Assembly: GCA_044347565.1 (NCBI GenBank)
Contig: JBIKUN010000002.1
Location: 13,118-77,117 of the forward strand
DNA: 64,000 bases
Origin: Vicinamibacterales bacterium
GTDB taxonomy: Bacteria; Acidobacteriota; Vicinamibacteria; Vicinamibacterales; UBA2999
Direction of reading: 5' to 3'
Below the pieces are notes generated by a model that saw nothing but the letters and a program-made list of their open reading frames with translations, was not told the origin of the DNA and did not search any database. Every line of letters starts with the position of its first letter. The stretch's first letter is position 1. Below, in pieces: positions 59,840-64,000 of this stretch. Position numbers and translations under genes: made by a program.

Positions 59840-60169
59840 ATGTCTCGACCCAGAGTGCGCTACGCGACGATCTTCGTCTTCCCGCCGCCCGCCAAAGGCA
59901 AGGCGCCGGTTGTGAGCACGTCGCCGGAACGCCTGACCGTCCGCGCGGGCGATTACGTCGAATGGACCATCGTCGATGCCAGCGGCATGGCCGGGCAGAT
60001 CTCGGTGGGCTGGGAGAAGCGCAACCCGCTCAAGGGGGCGTCCAGCAAGCCGTTTGAACGCCGCACGCGCGATGCCGTGCGCGCCAAGGTCGAACCCGGC
60101 ATCTACAAGTACAACGTGCTCATGGACGGTAAGGTCGTCTTCGATCCGGAACTCGAGATCATGAGCTAG
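59840..60169 (+). CDS. Small hypothetical beta-sandwich protein ending in YKYNV...DPELEI
   Basis: AAGGAG Shine-Dalgarno; SPERLTVRAGDYVEW. Confidence 0.75.
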   Translation: MSRPRVRYATIFVFPPPAKGKAPVVSTSPERLTVRAGDYVEWTIVDASGMAGQISVGWEKRNPLKGASSKPFERRTRDAVRAKVEPGIYKYNVLMDGKVVFDPELEIMS

Positions 60170-60174
60170 GGCCG

Positions 60175-60546
60175 ATGTCCGCAGTGCGCCGTCATCTGCG
60201 CCGGGGCGTCGTCGCGTGGCTCGTGTGCCACGCGCTGACGTTCACCGCGCTCATGCCGCGCGACTGCTGCGCCGCGCACGCGCATGCCGCCCGCGCCGAG
60301 GCGGCGCCGGAAGGCGACGCCGGCTGCCCGATGCACGACGGCGCCGCGCCCGAGGCCGACTGTGCGATGGCCGGCACCTGCCAGGCGCCCGGCGCGGCCC
60401 TGGCCGCGGTGCTGCTCCAGGTCGCGGTGCTCGAGCCGGTGACGCACGTCACCCCACACCTGTCGCCGGTCGCGCGTCCGCATCCGCGCACGGCCTCCCC
60501 CCGCACGCTCGCCAGCCCGCCCGACGCACCACCTCCACGCCTCTGA
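60175..60546 (+). CDS. Cys/His-rich exported leader protein with a C-terminal PPPR (CutF/CruR/DUF2946-like)
   Basis: Signal-like N-terminus; DCCAAHAH, GCPMH, CAMAGTC; ends PPDAPPPRL. Confidence 0.7.
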   Translation: MSAVRRHLRRGVVAWLVCHALTFTALMPRDCCAAHAHAARAEAAPEGDAGCPMHDGAAPEADCAMAGTCQAPGAALAAVLLQVAVLEPVTHVTPHLSPVARPHPRTASPRTLASPPDAPPPRL

Positions 60547-60620
60547 CACCACGCACTGCAGGGAAGACGGCGGAGCCGCGTGCGCGTGCTCCGCGTGGTG
60601 TGTCGTGTGGGATGAGGTGG
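60529..60620 (+). promoter_or_regulatory. Stem-loop sequestering the Shine-Dalgarno of the gene at 60624
   Basis: CCACCTC (60529-35) pairs with GAGGTGG (60614-20); CCACGC with GTGTGG (60605-10); ACACCACGC (60546-54) with GCGTGGTGT (60593-601). Confidence 0.65.
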
Positions 60621-60623
60621 GTC

Positions 60624-61988
60624 ATGAACAACTGGATACGGACGGCGGCGGCGTGTGCCGCCGTGATGGTGACGGGAATCGCCGTGGCGCGCGGGCAGAT
60701 GCCGCCGCCAGCGCCGGTGGCGTCGCAGCGGGATCAGGTGACACTGGCGGTGCCGCGGCACAACAACGCCGCGCCGTGGGTGGCCTCGGCGGGGCGGTTC
60801 GTCGCCGTCACCTGGGGCGCCGCGCTCGAGGGAAAGTGGGACATCTACGTGGCCACGAGTGCCGACGAGGGCCGGACGTTCGGCACGCCCGTGCGTGTCA
60901 ACACCGTGGACGGCGATGGCCGTGTCGGCGGCGAGATCCCGCCGCGCGTCGCGCTGCACCTGCCGAAAGGCGCCACCGTGCCGCAGGTAGTCGTGGCGTG
61001 GAACGCGAAAGACCAGGGCACGGAGATCAAGATCGCGCGCAGCCGCGACTTCGGGAAGACGTTCGCCGCGCCGGTCTCGCTGCAGGCGCCGGGGGCGGCC
61101 GGTGATCGCGGCTGGCACGCCCTCACGATCGACGCGCAGGGCCTGGCGCACGTCGTGTGGCTCGACCATCGCGGCCTCGCCGAAGCGAAGGCGGAAGCCG
61201 GCGCGAAGGCGGGCGGCGCCGCGGCGGCCCCCGCGGGTCACGCCAGCCATGAAGCCGCAGCGCTCGACGGCGTGGCGATGGCGATGAAGTCGCGCCTGCA
61301 CTATGCGACGTATGGCGAGCGTGCCACGCCCGAGCAGATGCTGGCGCCCGGCGTCTGCTATTGCTGCAAGACGGCGCTCGCTCCCACCGCGAAGGGCGTG
61401 CTCGCCACCTGGCGCCACGTCTACGACGGCAACATGCGCGACATGGCGTTCGCGCTCCTCGGCGCGCCCGGGGCCGCCGCCGCGCCGCCGCGCCTCAGCA
61501 CCGACGGCTGGTCGATCAACGGCTGTCCCGACGACGGCCCGGCACTCGCCGTTGACGCCGGCGACCGTGTGCATGCCATCTGGCCCACGGTGATTCCTGG
61601 CGACGAGCCGGTGGGCGCCTTGTTCTACGCGTCGAAGGCGGCCTCGGCCCAGACCTTCGGCGCCCGCCAGCGCATCACGACGCTCGGCTCGCCGAAGCCG
61701 TCCCACCCGCAGGTGGCGGTCGACGGCGCCGGCCAGCTGTTCGTGGCGTGGGACGAAATCGTGGGCGGCGTGCGCACGGCGGCCTGGTCTCACGGCACCG
61801 CCACCGATGGCGCGCTGCGCCTCGGTGCGCCGGAGCGCCTGGCCGCGGCCGGCCCCACGCAATATCCCGTGATGGCGCCCCTCGCCCGCGGCGTCGTCGT
61901 GGCCTGGGTCAGCGGGGCCCAGGGAACGAGCGTGATTCGCCTGCGACACCTCGTCGCAGCAGGCGCGGCCGTGACGGCCGCACGATAG
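60624..61988 (+). CDS. Exported BNR/sialidase-like beta-propeller protein with CYCC and GCP motifs
   Basis: Asp-boxes SADEGRTF and SRDFGKTF; VCYCCKT, WRHVY...RD, WSINGCPDDGP. Confidence 0.8.
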   Translation: MNNWIRTAAACAAVMVTGIAVARGQMPPPAPVASQRDQVTLAVPRHNNAAPWVASAGRFVAVTWGAALEGKWDIYVATSADEGRTFGTPVRVNTVDGDGRVGGEIPPRVALHLPKGATVPQVVVAWNAKDQGTEIKIARSRDFGKTFAAPVSLQAPGAAGDRGWHALTIDAQGLAHVVWLDHRGLAEAKAEAGAKAGGAAAAPAGHASHEAAALDGVAMAMKSRLHYATYGERATPEQMLAPGVCYCCKTALAPTAKGVLATWRHVYDGNMRDMAFALLGAPGAAAAPPRLSTDGWSINGCPDDGPALAVDAGDRVHAIWPTVIPGDEPVGALFYASKAASAQTFGARQRITTLGSPKPSHPQVAVDGAGQLFVAWDEIVGGVRTAAWSHGTATDGALRLGAPERLAAAGPTQYPVMAPLARGVVVAWVSGAQGTSVIRLRHLVAAGAAVTAAR

Positions 61989-61991
61989 GAG

Positions 61992-62678
61992 ATGACCATG
62001 ACACGCATGCAGATCGGCAGTCTTTGTGTGGCCGCGGTGCTCATCGCGGTGCCGGCCCGTGCCCAGCAGCACGGTGGGCAGAAGCCGGGCGCCATGGATC
62101 ACATGGACCACAAGTTCGACGATCCCGAACGCTACGCAAAGTCGTTCGACGATCCGGCGCGCGACGCCTGGCAGATGCCGGCTCGCGTGATCGAGGCGCT
62201 GGCCCTGAAGCCGGGGCAGAAGGTGGCCGACGTCGGCGCCGGCACCGGCTATTTCAGCGTGCGCCTGGCGCGCGCGGCGGCGGCGCCGAAGGTCTTCGCC
62301 GTGGACCTCGAGCCGAAGATGGTCGAGCACCTCACGAAGCGCGCCGCGGCCGAAGGCCTGAAGAACATCACCGCGGTGCAGGCCTCCACTACCAGCCCCA
62401 ATCTGCCGGAGCCGGTCGATGTCGTGCTCATCATCGACACCTACCACCACATCGGCAACCGTCCGGCGTACTTCGCCGCTCTGAAGTCGACGCTCACGCC
62501 GGGCGGCCGCATTGCCATCGTCGACTTCCGTAAGGGGGCACCGGGGGGCGGTCCACCCGACGCGTTCCGCTTCACGCCCGAGCAGATCACGGGCGAACTG
62601 GCCGAGGCCGGCTACGTCCTCGATGCATCGCACGACTTCCTGCCGCGCCAGCACTTTCTCGTCTATCGCATCAAGTAG
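61992..62678 (+). CDS. Class I SAM-dependent methyltransferase with a signal peptide and His/Met-rich N-terminus
   Basis: RDAWQ.P, VADVGAGTGYF, DTYHHI, FLPRQHF. Confidence 0.85.
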   Translation: MTMTRMQIGSLCVAAVLIAVPARAQQHGGQKPGAMDHMDHKFDDPERYAKSFDDPARDAWQMPARVIEALALKPGQKVADVGAGTGYFSVRLARAAAAPKVFAVDLEPKMVEHLTKRAAAEGLKNITAVQASTTSPNLPEPVDVVLIIDTYHHIGNRPAYFAALKSTLTPGGRIAIVDFRKGAPGGGPPDAFRFTPEQITGELAEAGYVLDASHDFLPRQHFLVYRIK

Positions 62679-62693
62679 TCACCTGGAGGCTCC

Positions 62694-63551
62694 ATGACCC
62701 GTTCGTCGCTCGCCCTGCTGTTCTCGTTCGCCCTCGCGGCGCCGGCCGCCGCGCAGGCGCCGTCACCCGTAAAGATCCGCTTCGCGATGACGGCCGCGGG
62801 TGCACCCGTGACGTGCGGCGCGAACATCAGTGGCGTGGGCACGACGAACTCCACGGTGAGCATCATCGACGCGCGGTTCTACGTGTCGCGGCTGCGCCTC
62901 GTGCGGGCGGATGGCGGCCAGGTGTCGGTGACCCTCACGCAGGACGGCCTCTGGCAGCTCGACGACGTGGCGCTGCTCGATTTCGAGAACGGCACAGGCG
63001 GCTGCGCGAACGGCACCGAGCAGACGCGCGATGTCATCGAGGGCACGGCGCCGGCGGGGCAGTACACCGGCGTGCGCTTCGACGTCGGCCTGCCGTTCGA
63101 GAAGAACCACCGCGACCAGACGCTGCAGCCGTCGCCGCTCAACCTGAGCCGGCTCTTCTGGAGCTGGAACGCGGGCTACAAGTTCATGCGCATGGACATC
63201 AGGAGCACCGGTCAGCCGCGCGGCTGGCTGCTGCACCTCGGCAGCACCGCGTGTTCCCCCACGGGCAGCCCGTCCACCGTGCCGGTCTCGTGCGCGAACC
63301 GAAACGTGGTGACCGTGGACCTGCCGGGCTTCTCGGCGGCCCGCGACGTGGTCGAACTCGACTTCCTGGCGCTCTTCGCCGGCAGCAATGTGGACACGAA
63401 TACCGACAAGACCGCCCTCGGCTGCATGTCGGGTGGCAGTGACCCCGAGTGCCACGGGCTCTTCGGACAGCTCGGGCTGGCGATTGCCGATAAGGCCGCT
63501 GGTCCGCAGCAGGTCTTCCGCGTGAAGCCCGCCGCGACGCTCGCCCGGTAG
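62694..63551 (+). CDS. mbnP: MbnP-family copper-binding protein (four-Cys 'metallo-mystery pair' protein)
   Basis: DARFYVS, ALLDFENGTGGC, NH, LFWSWNAGYKF (WxW), HLGSTAC, GCMS...DPEC. Confidence 0.85.
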   Translation: MTRSSLALLFSFALAAPAAAQAPSPVKIRFAMTAAGAPVTCGANISGVGTTNSTVSIIDARFYVSRLRLVRADGGQVSVTLTQDGLWQLDDVALLDFENGTGGCANGTEQTRDVIEGTAPAGQYTGVRFDVGLPFEKNHRDQTLQPSPLNLSRLFWSWNAGYKFMRMDIRSTGQPRGWLLHLGSTACSPTGSPSTVPVSCANRNVVTVDLPGFSAARDVVELDFLALFAGSNVDTNTDKTALGCMSGGSDPECHGLFGQLGLAIADKAAGPQQVFRVKPAATLAR

Positions 63552-63562
63552 GAGTGTCACGC

Positions 63563-64000
63563 GTGCGGGTCCGGTCTGCGCTCGTTGCCGCCACGGTGCT
63601 CTGGGGCGGCGTGTTCGCCGCCCACGTGGCGGGGCGGCAGGAGCACGTGCATCATGCGCCGGCGCAGGCGCGGATGCTCACGAGTCCGCTCGAACTCTCT
63701 GAGGCGGACCTGACCGCGGGGCAGACCACCTACGAGTCACGCTGTGCCGGGTGCCACGGCCGCGCCGGCACGGGCGGCGCCGCGCCGGCGGGCGGCCGCC
63801 CCGCGCCGTCCGACCTGACGCGTCCAGACCTCCGCACACACACGGACGGGGAGATCTACTGGGTCATCGCCAACGGCATCCCCGCCAGTGGGATGCCCGC
63901 GGCGTCGGGTCTGTCAGAGACCGCACGCTGGCAGCTCGTGGCGTGGGTGCGCAATCTCGGCGGCATCAAGCCGCCGGTGCGCGCCGCCGACGGCGGCGCC
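63563..64000 (+). CDS. Exported c-type cytochrome, partial; possibly the N-terminal domain of an MbnH/MauG-like di-heme enzyme
   Basis: Manual translation after AGGAG: signal peptide, QEHVHH, YESRCAGCHG, DGEIYWVIANGIPASGMP, WQLVAWVR. The frame stays open to the window end. The MbnH link is inferred from position only. Confidence 0.7.
   Translation, partial: MRVRSALVAATVLWGGVFAAHVAGRQEHVHHAPAQARMLTSPLELSEADLTAGQTTYESRCAGCHGRAGTGGAAPAGGRPAPSDLTRPDLRTHTDGEIYWVIANGIPASGMPAASGLSETARWQLVAWVRNLGGIKPPVRAADGGA

Noticed and set aside
60175-64000. Methanobactin biosynthetic cluster
   Set aside because: No mbnA, mbnB or mbnC homologs are visible. The Cys-rich ORF is too long for MbnA and has a signal-like N-terminus.

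Overview
This is a high-GC, gene-dense chromosomal window. The gene content (ADOP-type permease remnant, DUF1549/DUF1553-DUF1501 pair, Ser/Thr kinase-TPR protein, many exported proteins) suggests Acidobacteriota of the Vicinamibacteria/Luteitalea type; this is an inference. I see no rRNA, tRNA, CRISPR array, transposase or prophage. Main loci: a SorAB-like sulfite dehydrogenase, alkaline phosphatase, a LytS/LytTR system, a sigma54-preceded minor-pilin cluster, an IorAB-like molybdoenzyme, a DUF1549/1553-DUF1501-FGE-DUF3179 operon, an M1 aminopeptidase, an ExeM-type nuclease, a hydroxy-acid catabolic cluster, an ECF sigma/anti-sigma pair, a FIST-HK-RR-GGDEF/EAL operon and an MbnP-type copper cluster. 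Five features the ORF track misses stand out. (1) Two inverted copies of a 208/249-nt structured element, with 7 compensatory base-pair changes in the closing stem, flank a small membrane ORF (25141-26143). (2) A UxxC selenoprotein candidate has an in-frame TGA and a SECIS-like hairpin (19617-20864). (3) A CutF/CruR-like Cys/His-rich leader ORF has PPPR codons that pair with the Shine-Dalgarno of the downstream copper/MbnP operon. (4) REP-like GGGWCNGWCCC and GTGACAGACCC repeats occur, some carrying outward-facing -10 boxes. (5) Four decayed or chimeric genes and a strong leaderless-promoter signature are present.
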